A stretch of DNA of 64,000 bases, from positions 6,932-70,931 of the forward strand of contig DATCTN010000029.1 of NCBI GenBank assembly GCA_036567965.1. The letters run 5' to 3'. Below, piece after piece: positions 18,825-28,785 of the stretch. Both the position numbers and the translations under genes were made by a program. The stretch's first letter is position 1; each line of letters starts with the position of its first letter. The notes beneath the pieces are model-generated. The model ran no database searches and had not been told where the DNA came from. It was given only the letters and a program-made list of their open reading frames with translations. The stretch comes from Candidatus Kryptoniota bacterium (GTDB lineage: Bacteria > Bacteroidota > Ignavibacteria > Kryptoniales > JAKASW01).

Positions 18825-19743
18825 GTTGCCTTTCTATCGCCTTTCGCACGAAGCCGTCCGACTTTGCCAATCTCTTCTTCGCTTCTGCCGCGTTCACATT
18901 TGCGCACATCATCACGACGGCAGTCTTCACATGACCGCCCGCCAGCTTGAGGATCTTCGATGCTGTGTTATAGTCTGTGTTCGCGATTGTCATAAGTGTC
19001 CGTTTAGATCGCTCATGGAGCTTCTCGTTCGTCATTTGAAGGTCTACCATCATATTTTCGTAGACCTTCCCGAGTTTCACCATTGATGCGGTGGTGAGCA
19101 TGTTCAGGACCATTTTTTGCGCCGTGCCGGATTTCATGCGCGTAGATCCCATGATTACTTCCGGACCGACTTCAGGACAAATCGCGACATCGACATCGAG
19201 ATCAAATTGGGAACGCGGGTTAGTGGTAACGAAAATTGTTTTCGCACCGACCTCTCGGGCCTTTTTCACGGCGCCGACGACATAAGGAGTTCTCCGGCTC
19301 GCGGCAATTCCGCAGACAACGTCTTTGTCTGTAACAGAAATAGCCACGACATCGTTGGCGCCGTCGGATTCACTGTCTTCAGCGCCTTCCTGAGATCTAA
19401 AGACGGCCCGCTTGCCGCCGGCGATCAGGCCGCGGATCAGACCCGGATCTGTGCCGAAGGTCGGAGGGCATTCAGCGGCGTCCTGCACTCCGATGCGACC
19501 GCTCGTTCCGGCGCCGACGTAAATCAGCCTACCGCCGCTTCTCATTGCAACGACCACAATGTCGACGGCACGAGCGATATAGGGAAGTTCGAGGTTTACC
19601 GCGAACGCAATCTTCTTGTCTTCGTTGTTTATCACTTTCAGGATTCCGAGCGTGTCGAGTGAGTCAATGTCAGTTGAAGCTGGGTTTCTGGATTCAGTCG
19701 TGAGCGATATTAATTTGTCAAACAAAGTTGTTTGTTTGGTCAT
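18802..19743 (-). CDS. murQ: N-acetylmuramic acid 6-phosphate etherase
   Basis: 313 aa. Near-colinear with E. coli MurQ as I recall it: TESRNPAS..ID, GGRLIYVGAGTSGR, ECPPTFG, GSTRMKSGTAQKMVLNM, NEKLHERS. Confidence 0.9.
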   Translation of the reverse strand: MTKQTTLFDKLISLTTESRNPASTDIDSLDTLGILKVINNEDKKIAFAVNLELPYIARAVDIVVVAMRSGGRLIYVGAGTSGRIGVQDAAECPPTFGTDPGLIRGLIAGGKRAVFRSQEGAEDSESDGANDVVAISVTDKDVVCGIAASRRTPYVVGAVKKAREVGAKTIFVTTNPRSQFDLDVDVAICPEVGPEVIMGSTRMKSGTAQKMVLNMLTTASMVKLGKVYENMMVDLQMTNEKLHERSKRTLMTIANTDYNTASKILKLAGGHVKTAVVMMCANVNAAEAKKRLAKSDGFVRKAIERQLEGHSSR

Positions 19744-19852
19744 TCAAGGACTCCTTCTTCCAACATTTCCAAGCGTGAGCATACCAACTACTCCGGACCA
19801 CTTTCTGTTACAGGTTCGCATTTTTTGATCCGGAGTTTCTATTGGTGTTCAT

Positions 19853-19868
19853 TGTTTCACGTGAAACA
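19853..19868. repeat. perfect 16-bp palindrome TGTTTCACGTGAAACA abutting the mnmG stop codon
   Basis: Read directly. The mnmG stop TAA is at 19871..19869 and the palindrome occupies the next 16 nt. Confidence 0.7.
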
Positions 19869-21743
19869 TTATCCATGTAAATAAACCATCAGCACGGAGA
19901 TATCGGCAGGAGACACGCCAGAGATGCGGCTTGCCTGTCCGATGGAGGCGGGTTTGACTCGAGAGAACTTTTCAAGCGCTTCTCGCGAGATCGATTTCAC
20001 TCTGGTGAAATCAAAACCCTCCGGTATTTGCATCATGTCGAACTTGTTGAACTTGTCAATCTCATCGTGCTGTCTTGCGATGTAACCGTCGTACTTTGTT
20101 TCTATCTCAACTTGGTTAACTACATCCCTCCGGCTTGCGGCGTCCTGGGGAACAGAATCCGTGCGGAAGAATTCAAGCTCCAGCAACTTCCCGAGCTCGA
20201 CGTTTTGTCTCTTGATGAGCTGAGACAACTTCTCGTTTTCGTCGAGTGGCGAAGATCCGATCGAATCGAGATACGAGTTCACGGCGTATGGTGGTACACT
20301 CTTGGTGTTGACGTAGTCTGTGAGGATGGCGATCGCTTTTTCCTTTTGGACAAGGGAAGTATAAGTGTCCTCAGGGATCAGTCCGAACTCATGCCCATAT
20401 CTCATGAGCCGCCTGTCGGCATTATCCTGCCGCAACATTAGCCTGTACTCCGCCCGGGATGTGAACATTCTGTAGGGCTCGTCTGTACCTTTATTAACGA
20501 GATCGTCGATAAGAACCCCAATGTACGCTTCAGATCTTTTAAGTATGAACGGCTCCTTGCCGCTTAGCATCAACGCAGCATTGATGCCCGCCATAATACC
20601 CTGACCGGCGGCCTCTTCATAACCGGACGTTCCATTTATCTGGCCGGCGAAATAAAGTCCACTGACAAGGTGAGTCTCGAGTGAAAGTTTCACCTGGTGT
20701 GGCGGGAAGAAATCATACTCCACCGCGTATCCCGGACGGAGCATCTCCACATTTTCCAGTCCTGGAACCGTTTTCATTGCCTCGAATTGCACTTCGGCGG
20801 GTAGGCTTGTAGAGAATCCATTGACGTAGATGACGTCAGAACCTCGGCCTTCGGGTTCAAGGAATATTTGGTGTCTTTCCTTCTCGGCGAACCTTACAAT
20901 CTTGTCCTCTATAGACGGACAGTACCTGGGTCCGATCCCCTTTATAAGGCCGGTGAACAGTGGTGAGCGGTCAAAGCCCGTCCTCAAGACTTCATGAGTC
21001 CGATGGTTCGTGTATGTCAAGAAGCAGCTGATTTGGTCGCGGGTCACCTCGCGGGTCTGGTAAGAGAACGGTTCGGGTTCTGCGTCCCCCGGCTGTTCTT
21101 CCACCTTCGAGAAGTCAATACTCCGCCTGTCTATTCTGGGAGGTGTCCCGGTTTTCAGTCGCCCACTCACGAATCCCAGCTTTTCAAGCGAGGCTGTCAG
21201 ACCGGTTGCCGCAGGCTCATTGAACCTGCCTCCTGCCCGGCTGCTAAGTCCTGTGTGCATTATTCCATTCAGGAATGTCCCCGAAGATATGACGAGAGCC
21301 TTACACTGCACCCTCATGCCGGTCGAAGTTTCGACACCTGCGATTGATCCATCCTCAACAGATATCTGTGTGACCATGTCCTGTAGGATGTGGATATTTG
21401 CCTGGGCCATGATACGCTGTCTTGCCTCGATCGAGTATCCTTCTCTATCATTTTGAGAGCGAGGTGACCAAACGGCCGGTCCTTTAGATCTGTTGAGCAT
21501 CCGGAACTGAATGCCCGTAGCATCAGCAATCTTTGCCATCTCGCCGCCAAGCGCATCTATCTCGCGGACGAGGTTGCCTTTTGCCGTGCCACCAATGGCC
21601 GGATTGCACGACATCCTGCCAATCGCAGCGACATCCATAGTCATCAACAGCACGGAGTGTCCCATTCTGGCTCCAGCCAGAGAGGCCTCTATACCAGCGT
21701 GACCGCCGCCTATCACAATTATGTCGTATTTCAAGCTTCCCAT
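19869..21743 (-). CDS. mnmG: tRNA uridine 5-carboxymethylaminomethyl modification enzyme
   Basis: 624 aa. [18 protein letters not shown] motif, [30 protein letters not shown]. Confidence 0.97.
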   Translation of the reverse strand: MGSLKYDIIVIGGGHAGIEASLAGARMGHSVLLMTMDVAAIGRMSCNPAIGGTAKGNLVREIDALGGEMAKIADATGIQFRMLNRSKGPAVWSPRSQNDREGYSIEARQRIMAQANIHILQDMVTQISVEDGSIAGVETSTGMRVQCKALVISSGTFLNGIMHTGLSSRAGGRFNEPAATGLTASLEKLGFVSGRLKTGTPPRIDRRSIDFSKVEEQPGDAEPEPFSYQTREVTRDQISCFLTYTNHRTHEVLRTGFDRSPLFTGLIKGIGPRYCPSIEDKIVRFAEKERHQIFLEPEGRGSDVIYVNGFSTSLPAEVQFEAMKTVPGLENVEMLRPGYAVEYDFFPPHQVKLSLETHLVSGLYFAGQINGTSGYEEAAGQGIMAGINAALMLSGKEPFILKRSEAYIGVLIDDLVNKGTDEPYRMFTSRAEYRLMLRQDNADRRLMRYGHEFGLIPEDTYTSLVQKEKAIAILTDYVNTKSVPPYAVNSYLDSIGSSPLDENEKLSQLIKRQNVELGKLLELEFFRTDSVPQDAASRRDVVNQVEIETKYDGYIARQHDEIDKFNKFDMMQIPEGFDFTRVKSISREALEKFSRVKPASIGQASRISGVSPADISVLMVYLHG

Positions 21744-21806
21744 TTTCCAGAGATCACAATATCGTTGAAATTAAGACACAAGATTCTGGCGGGCTGTACC
21801 ACCCTG

Positions 21807-21822
21807 TGTTCCACGTGAAACA
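21807..21822. repeat. second copy of the palindrome (TGTTCCACGTGAAACA, one change) 1 nt after the mnmE stop codon
   Basis: Read directly. The mnmE stop TGA is at 21826..21824. In the mRNA sense the change turns a U-A pair into a U-G pair. Confidence 0.7.
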
Positions 21823-21823
21823 T

Positions 21824-23215
21824 TCATTTACCTATACAGAATTTTGAGAATATGTTGTTAAGGATATCTTCTGTGGTGACCTCACCAGTAATTTCACCTA
21901 GTGCATCCAAGCCACATCTCAGGTCAAAGACGACAAATTCTCCTGATTTTCGACTTTTCAGCGATTCTATGGCCGAATTCAAGCTGTTTTTGGCCCTTTT
22001 GAGTGCGTCAAAATGTCGGGAGCTGGTCACCACTACGCTATTTTCGTCAGATTTTTTAGCCAGCGCCATCTCATATAACCCTTTTTTCAGCGATTCAATT
22101 CCTTCACCTGTAAGCGCAGACACGTAGTAACTCGACTTGTCCGACGGTTGACGAAACGCCTCTGTCTTGTACAAATCTATCTTGTTGAAAACCTTTAAGA
22201 CTCTGACGTCTTTTTTTGCACAGGACTCTATAAGCTTGCGGTAAATAAGATCGCTTTGTACCATCTCCTTCTCGCCATAGTCCATAGCGAGGAGAAGGAT
22301 GTCTCCCTCTAATGATTCCCTTTCCGCTCTCTTCACCCCCTCAAATTCAATAAGATCTCCGGTCTCCCTGAGGCCGGCTGTATCTGTGAGTCTGAACAGG
22401 ATGCCGCCCAGAGAAATACTCTCTGAGATCGTGTCGCGCGTTGTACCCGGGATATCGCTCACGATGGCACGATCCTCTTGAAGAAGAAGGTTCAGAAGAC
22501 TCGACTTGCCGACGTTAGGCTTACCGGCGAGCGTCACCCGAACTCCTTCCTTGTAGATCCTCCCAACAGAGTATCCGGATATCAGCCTCGACACGGTCTC
22601 AACGGCTTCTCCAAGTCGATCCTCAAGTGTCTTCCTGTTTGCGAACTGGACATCTTCGTCTGAAAAGTCAAGCTCAAGTTCGAGTAGCGACGCCAGATTT
22701 ACGAGTTCTTCCCTGGCGGTTCTGATCTCCCTGGAAAGGTCCCCCGAAAGCTGTCTCAGCGAACTCTTGTATGCCGCATCGCTCTGTGAATGGATCAGGT
22801 CTCCGATCGCTTCAGCCTGAGAAAGATCGATCTTGCCATTAAGAAACGCGCGCTTAGTAAATTCACCCGGTTCAGCCATGCGCGCGCCGGCGCTGAGGAT
22901 TCTCTGAAGGACCTTTTGCGTGACAATCCGTCCGCCGTGACAGCTGAACTCGACAGTGTCTTCTGACGTGTAGCTATTCGGCCGTCTGAACACGACGGCT
23001 ATCACCTCGTCAATGAATGAACCATCGGCATCTGTTAGTTTCCCGAAGTGCGCGGTATGAGATGGAACGTTTGACAGAGGACCCTTCCCAACGAACACCT
23101 TGTCAGCTACGGAGAGCGCTGCCTGTCCCGAGATTCTCACGACCGCGATTCCGCTTTCTCCCACGGCCGTGGCAACCGCGGCTATAGTATCATTGTCTCT
23201 CAATTTCACGATCAT
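21824..23215 (-). CDS. mnmE: tRNA modification GTPase
   Basis: Start set at the ATG at 23215 (MIVKLRDNDTIAAVATA...), which matches the usual MnmE N-terminus. G-domain GKPNVGKSSLLN, DIPGTTRD, DTAGLR, NKIDL and C-terminal CIGK. The track's 54-aa upstream extension looks spurious. Confidence 0.95.
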   Translation of the reverse strand: MIVKLRDNDTIAAVATAVGESGIAVVRISGQAALSVADKVFVGKGPLSNVPSHTAHFGKLTDADGSFIDEVIAVVFRRPNSYTSEDTVEFSCHGGRIVTQKVLQRILSAGARMAEPGEFTKRAFLNGKIDLSQAEAIGDLIHSQSDAAYKSSLRQLSGDLSREIRTAREELVNLASLLELELDFSDEDVQFANRKTLEDRLGEAVETVSRLISGYSVGRIYKEGVRVTLAGKPNVGKSSLLNLLLQEDRAIVSDIPGTTRDTISESISLGGILFRLTDTAGLRETGDLIEFEGVKRAERESLEGDILLLAMDYGEKEMVQSDLIYRKLIESCAKKDVRVLKVFNKIDLYKTEAFRQPSDKSSYYVSALTGEGIESLKKGLYEMALAKKSDENSVVVTSSRHFDALKRAKNSLNSAIESLKSRKSGEFVVFDLRCGLDALGEITGEVTTEDILNNIFSKFCIGK

Positions 23216-23377
23216 AGATAAATTTAACACTCTGCTCCTCACTTCTAAACCGCCTGCGAGACATTGGAGGCTTTCTCTCGCTATACAGCAACGGGTCTTT
23301 CCACTGCAATCTTTAATCTCCCAACTTCTTGCATGTCTCTCTCTTTGAATCGATCTTGATAATAAAAGACGAATCAC

Positions 23378-24595
23378 ATGAAAGTTCTGAAGAAGTCCTC
23401 GAAACTCAACAACGTCTGTTATGACATCCGCGGACCGGTCCTTGATGAAGCCAAGCGACTTGAGGATGCCGGCGAAGATATTCTAAAGCTGAACATTGGC
23501 AATCCGGCACCTTTCGGTTTCAAGGCACCGGACGAAATTGTAAATCAAATCTCAGCGAACCTCGCGAACGCCGAAGGATACATCGACTCTAAGGGACTTA
23601 TCGAAGCGAGACACGCGGTTGCCGAGTATTCAATCGAAAAGGGAATTGCGGGAGTGGACGTCGATCATGTTTTCATCGGAAACGGCGTGAGCGAACTTAT
23701 CATGATGGCTATGCAGGGCCTGCTCAACAGCGGCGACGAAATATTAATACCTGCACCAGACTACCCGCTGTGGACAGCAGCGGTGGTCCTCGCCGGGGGA
23801 AAACCGGTTCATTATACTTGCGATGAAAACTCGGATTGGTACCCGGACCTTCACGACATCAGGAAGAAAATAACTCCGCGTACGAAAGGACTGGTTGTTA
23901 TAAACCCGAACAATCCTACTGGTTCTGTTTACCCAAAGGAATTGCTCGAGAAGATCGTGAAGATTGCCGCGGCCAACCGTTTGATCGTTTTCAGCGACGA
24001 AATATATGACAGAATCTTATATGAAAATTCGGAACATGTGTCGACCGCTTCACTTGCAGACGACGTTCTTTTCGTCACTCTCAACGGCCTTTCCAAGTCG
24101 CACCTCATCACGGGTTACAGAGTCGGCTGGATGGTGTTCAGCGGAAACCTCCGGATCGCGTCAAGCTACATTGAGGGCGTCAATATGCTCGCGTCGATGA
24201 GGCTTTGCAGCAACGTTCCGGCCCAGTATGCAATTCCCGTGGCACTGAGAAGCGACAGGACAATAAGAGATCACACATCGGCCGGCGGAAGACTGAAAGG
24301 GCAGCGAGATCTGGGAATCGAAAAACTGAAAGGGATCCCCGGAGTATCTTGCACGATACCGCGCGGCGCATTTTATTTCTTCCCGAAGATCGACACGAAA
24401 AAATTTCATGTAAAAGACGACGAACAATTCGTGCTCGATCTCCTGAGAAAAGAGCGAGTGCTTGTAGTGCAGGGAACGGGATTCAACTGGTTCATGCCTG
24501 ACCACTTCAGAATCGTCTTCCTACCGGAAAGAGATCATCTTGAGAAAGCTTTTGATTCTATTGCCAGATTTCTTGTCGACTATAAACAGAAATGA
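23378..24595 (+). CDS. alaA: PLP-dependent aminotransferase, AlaA/YfbQ-like glutamate-pyruvate aminotransferase
   Basis: 405 aa. Long colinear identity with E. coli AlaA as I recall it: SSKL.NVCYDIRGPV, LKLNIGNPAPFGF, NPNNPTG, NGLSKS (PLP Lys), MRLC.NVPAQ.AI. Confidence 0.9.
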   Translation: MKVLKKSSKLNNVCYDIRGPVLDEAKRLEDAGEDILKLNIGNPAPFGFKAPDEIVNQISANLANAEGYIDSKGLIEARHAVAEYSIEKGIAGVDVDHVFIGNGVSELIMMAMQGLLNSGDEILIPAPDYPLWTAAVVLAGGKPVHYTCDENSDWYPDLHDIRKKITPRTKGLVVINPNNPTGSVYPKELLEKIVKIAAANRLIVFSDEIYDRILYENSEHVSTASLADDVLFVTLNGLSKSHLITGYRVGWMVFSGNLRIASSYIEGVNMLASMRLCSNVPAQYAIPVALRSDRTIRDHTSAGGRLKGQRDLGIEKLKGIPGVSCTIPRGAFYFFPKIDTKKFHVKDDEQFVLDLLRKERVLVVQGTGFNWFMPDHFRIVFLPERDHLEKAFDSIARFLVDYKQK

Positions 24596-24666
24596 ATCGA
24601 TCTCACCCCAGAGGTCGCGACAGATTTGACGTTGATCGATCTCAGCCGACTTGTTAAAATGGAAAC

Positions 24667-25305
24667 ATGAAGACTCCAAGTCTCTGTAGCGTGCGCATCT
24701 GCTTGCGAACGACGGTATCGAGAACAATTCGATATACTCTTCTGCTTGCCGCGGCGATGTTCGCATTCAGTTGTGGCGGCACAAAAACACAAGACAGGTC
24801 TTCAGACAGCGAATCCGATTCTCTGAATTTGAAAACGGAGGGCAGTATGGCGTTTGTCCTGACGAGCACCGCCTTTAAGGAAGGTGAAAAGATTCCGAGA
24901 AAATTCACGTGCGACGGCGATGACATTTCCCCGCCACTGAAATGGACTTCCGCACCATCGGAGACGAAGAGTCTCGCGCTCATTACCGACGATCCCGACG
25001 CGCCAATGGGAACCTGGGTACATTGGGTGATATTCAATATCCCCCCGTCCGTAAAGGATCTTGCCGAAGGTGTTCCAGTAAAAGATTCATTGCAAAGCGG
25101 CGCGCTGCAGGGCAGAAATGATTCGCGCACAATCGGTTATAGCGGCCCCTGTCCTCCGGGCGGGACTCACAGATATTATTTCAAACTTTACGCGCTTGAT
25201 ACGACCCTATCGCTCAAGTCCGGATGTACTAAGCCCGACGTCGTGAAAGCAATGGACGGGCACATCATGGCACAGGCACAACTAATGGGAAGATACTCCC
25301 GGTAG
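24667..25305 (+). CDS. YbhB/YbcL-family PEBP (Raf-kinase-inhibitor-like) lipoprotein
   Basis: 212 aa. Lipobox AFSCGG, then FTCDGDDISPPLKW, DDPDAP..WVHWV, GYSGPCPPGGTHRYYFKLYALD. Confidence 0.9.
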   Translation: MKTPSLCSVRICLRTTVSRTIRYTLLLAAAMFAFSCGGTKTQDRSSDSESDSLNLKTEGSMAFVLTSTAFKEGEKIPRKFTCDGDDISPPLKWTSAPSETKSLALITDDPDAPMGTWVHWVIFNIPPSVKDLAEGVPVKDSLQSGALQGRNDSRTIGYSGPCPPGGTHRYYFKLYALDTTLSLKSGCTKPDVVKAMDGHIMAQAQLMGRYSR

Positions 25306-25451
25306 TAAATTCAAGCGAGAGTGCCGCGTCGGGAATATTTGCGTGCGCCGCTCGGTTGCTGACACGATCCCCAGACTTCCGTCCCTTCGCACGGAATTGA
25401 TCCTCAGCGGATCTCTCTACATGCCGGGCGGACTTACGAAACGGTTCCAGG

Positions 25452-26892
25452 TTAGACTGTGTATGGCGACTGCGGCAGATCGACTCGGTGTGTTCCCGCC
25501 TCGGCTCCGCAAAGGTAATGCATCTTGATTGTGAGCATTGACCGGTCTCTGACCATCTCCCTCCAGTCTCCAAAAGATAGGTGTCCTCTGGCTACTTCTG
25601 TCAGAAGAAAAAGTCCGCCGAGGACCGCCACTCTGAAAGGATAGCCGGTCGTATAGAGATTTGCCATCTCTTCAGCAAATTCCCCCAATGGCAACTTCGT
25701 TGGGACAAGAGGATGCAGGAGATCGAAGAGGTCCCGATTCGCATCTAGGACCGCGCCTCCGGACTCCTCAAACGCCTCGGTTCCCGGAAGCGGCGTCAGC
25801 ACAGTGAAGAACGGAAGCCCGAGTCTCAATTTTCTCACATAGTTCTTCAGAGCGTTCATGTCGTCACGTGTCCATTGGGGATCCACGATGAATGCGACGA
25901 CCGGTTCGATTCCATATTCGCGCAATAGCTCCAGGGATTTTTCATTTGTCTCAACATTATTTTGCTTCGCCGCCGCATCGAGACTGGCCTGGTCAACTTT
26001 TTCGAATCCTAGAAAAACGGACCGCAGTCCAATTTCGGACCACAGTTCAAGAAGCTCGCGGTGGTTAACGATAGAGTCGGTCCGCGCTTGTATCATGTAC
26101 TTTATCATGATCCCTCTTTCCTTGATCAGCTTCCCGATGGTTTCTGCCCGCTTCGGACCGGCGAAGAAATTATCGTCCACGATCAGGAGTTGTTCGTTAG
26201 GAACGCTTTCGAGCTCTTCGAGCACCCTTGCTGGCGATCTCATCCTTACTTTCTTGTCATAGAATACCCAGACACTGCAGAAGCCACATCGATAAGGACA
26301 GCCGCGTGAAGTCTCAAGTGTGGAAATCGGCTGCTGACCATCAGTCTGTAACGTCTCGAGTACTTCTCAACCAATCCTCGCGCCGGCGGAGGAAAACTAT
26401 CAAGCCGCCGCACAAAGCCGCGCGACAAAGTACTGAATTGTGTGCCGTCGAGATTCAATGTAAGTCCTGCGAGGTCTTTGAGGTTGCCGCGTTCTTTCAG
26501 GCATCTGATCAATTCAGGGGATGTTACTTCTCCTTCACCCATGACAACGACATTCACTGCAGGCACATTAAAATCGGAAGCACATAAAGTGGGATGATGC
26601 CCGCCGACGAATATGAATATCCCCGGATCGACAGACTCGATGCGAGCGGCAGTCCGGACGGTTTCATTGTAATCCACCGTGAATGAAGATGTAATGCCGC
26701 ATGCGGCGACGTGATTGTTCTGAATTGCGTGTAATAGCCCATCGTTGCTTTCAAAACGCATGTCCAGGAGTTCCACGTCGCAATAGAGCTTCAGTGCACC
26801 GCCGACCGCCTCGAGACTCAGAGGTTCAACGCGTCCGAACGGATGAGCGAAATAGCCCTACGCCCGCGCGGCTGGACTAACAGCACATTCAT
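25452..26892 (-). pseudogene. B12-binding-domain radical SAM protein disrupted by two frameshifts
   Basis: Three frames together read as one protein. ATG 26892 gives MNVLLVQPRG.... Next frame: GYFAHPFGRVEPLSLEAVGGAL...VVMGEGE...PPPARGLVEKYSRRY. Next frame: ...QQPISTLETSRGCPYRCGFCSVWVFYDKKVRMRSPARVLEEL... to the stop at 25452. An in-frame TAG lies at 26860..26858, and the second shift lies near 26340..26385. The CxxxCxxC motif sits upstream of the track's 25452..26243 start. Confidence 0.75.
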
Positions 26893-27093
26893 GAGAGTCT
26901 CCCGTCTGAATTTACGCGTCCGTGGATTTGGTTTCAAACTCGCCGCCCGATTTTTTGTCGGACTTCATGAATAGTGTCGGCTCGATATTCTCCAATCGCA
27001 GCTATTAACATAAACTTAATGCCGGGGGAATAAGAAATCGTTTGAACGAATGTCCGGCGAGTGGCATATTCTTAAAACACCGTCGTGTGAAAA

Positions 27094-28023
27094 TTGAAAT
27101 TCGTTAAATATCTGGTCTATCTTTCTCCGGCGATACTCTTTGTCGTTGCGATTTCAATGAGGCAACTGAACGAAGGAGCGCTCGGTTCATATTCCAATCC
27201 GATCAGAATCTATTTTACTCCTTCTGTCGACGCCGACAGAATTTCCTTCAACGCAAAAACACTTACCGATTATCTCCATAAAGAAACGGGCTACTATTTC
27301 ATCACGGCTGTTCCCGCCAGCTTTATAGCCGTAGTAGAAGCATTCGGGACCGGAAAGGTGGAAGTAGCGGCGATAAATACTTTTTCCTATCTGATGGCTC
27401 ACGCGAAATACGGAGCTGAAGCCAGGCTCCGCGTAGTGAGAGAGGGAAACCAGATTTCATACAAGGGACAGTTCATCACGCGATTCGATTCGGGAATCAA
27501 CTCCATCGACGATATTAACGGCAGAACGATGGCCTACGTCGATCCATCCTCAACATCGGGCTACATACTGCCGAAAGCGCTTCTCGACAACAAGGGGATC
27601 AAGCCGAGTGAAAGCGTCTTCGCGATGAGACACGATAACGTAGTCATGATGGTATACCAGAGGCAGGCCGACGCGGGCGCGACATATTATGCCCCGCCGA
27701 ACCCGACGACCGGAGCAATAATGGACGCGAGGATGAGAGTCGCGCAGCAATTTCCCGACATCGCCGAGAAAGTCAAGATCATCGGATTCACGCAGGACAT
27801 CCCGAACGATCCGTGGGTTTTTCGAAAAGATATGAGTGTGATAATGAAAGAGAAAATCATAAACGCGCTTCTCAAATTTGTCAAGACTTCCGAAGGGGAG
27901 AAGGCGCTCTTCGATATTTACGATATAACCGGACTGATCCCTACGAACGACAGCGACTACGACGGTCTGCGAGAAGTGCTTGAAAAACAGAACATCAAAT
28001 TCGAAAACCTGGTGAAGAATTAA
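27094..28023 (+). CDS. phnD: phosphonate/phosphite ABC transporter substrate-binding protein
   Basis: 309 aa. PhnD-like pattern (IRIYFTPSVDA..., YVDPSSTSGY, GATYYAPP) directly upstream of phnC/phnE. TTG start, so the exact start is uncertain. Confidence 0.8.
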   Translation: MKFVKYLVYLSPAILFVVAISMRQLNEGALGSYSNPIRIYFTPSVDADRISFNAKTLTDYLHKETGYYFITAVPASFIAVVEAFGTGKVEVAAINTFSYLMAHAKYGAEARLRVVREGNQISYKGQFITRFDSGINSIDDINGRTMAYVDPSSTSGYILPKALLDNKGIKPSESVFAMRHDNVVMMVYQRQADAGATYYAPPNPTTGAIMDARMRVAQQFPDIAEKVKIIGFTQDIPNDPWVFRKDMSVIMKEKIINALLKFVKTSEGEKALFDIYDITGLIPTNDSDYDGLREVLEKQNIKFENLVKN

Positions 28024-28785
28024 ATGCTCCTCCAAGTTGAAAACCTGCACAAGTTTTACCCGTCCGGAACGCACGCGCTTAAGGGCGTAAGCATGGAAGT
28101 CGAGGAGGGCGAATTCCTCGTCGTCATCGGACTGAGCGGATCCGGTAAATCAACTCTCCTCCGCTGCATCAACCGGCTTATCGAGCCGACGTCGGGGAAG
28201 GTTTCATTTCTCGGCAAAGATATAACGCACATAACAGGGGAGGAGCTTCGGAACGTCAAGAAACAGATCGGAATGGTCTTTCAGCAATTTAACCTCATTA
28301 GACGGCGCTCCGTTCTCTCGAACGTCATCAACGGGAAACTTGGATCTCTCGGAACCCTCGAATCCATAATCGAAAAATATCCCGATGAAGTTTACGTCGA
28401 AGCTTACAAGTGTCTCGAGACCGTCGGAATACCCGAGACTGCGAACGAAAGGGCAGACAAGCTGAGCGGCGGCCAGCAACAACGGATCGCTATCGCGAGA
28501 AGCCTGATGCAAAAGCCGAAACTTCTCCTTGCCGACGAGCCTGTCGCGTCTCTCGATCCGGCGACTTCGAATTCCGTCATGCAATACTTCGAAAAGATCA
28601 ACAAAGAAATGGGGACAACTGTTATCTGCAATCTTCACTTCCTCAGTCTCGTCCGGCGATACGCGTCGCGCGTCATTGCACTAAAAGCGGGCGAGATCGT
28701 GTACGAGGGTCTCCCGGGTGACATCGACGCCGCCTGGTTCAGGAAAATTTACGGAGAGGAAGCGGAAGAGGTAGAGATCCGATGA
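28024..28785 (+). CDS. phnC: phosphonate ABC transporter ATP-binding protein
   Basis: 253 aa. Walker A GLSGSGKST, LSGGQQQR, Walker B LLLADEP. Typical PhnC N-terminus LHKFYPSGTHALKGV. Confidence 0.9.
   Translation: MLLQVENLHKFYPSGTHALKGVSMEVEEGEFLVVIGLSGSGKSTLLRCINRLIEPTSGKVSFLGKDITHITGEELRNVKKQIGMVFQQFNLIRRRSVLSNVINGKLGSLGTLESIIEKYPDEVYVEAYKCLETVGIPETANERADKLSGGQQQRIAIARSLMQKPKLLLADEPVASLDPATSNSVMQYFEKINKEMGTTVICNLHFLSLVRRYASRVIALKAGEIVYEGLPGDIDAAWFRKIYGEEAEEVEIR

Noticed and set aside
23216-23377. 54-aa N-terminal extension of mnmE in the ORF track (MIRLLLSRSIQ...)
   Set aside because: MnmE proteins normally begin close to the ...DTIAAVAT... motif. The extension is Arg/Cys-rich and would consume the whole divergent promoter region shared with alaA.
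24654-25130. 158-aa minus-strand ORF overlapping the PEBP gene
   Set aside because: The plus-strand PEBP/YbhB motifs are unambiguous.
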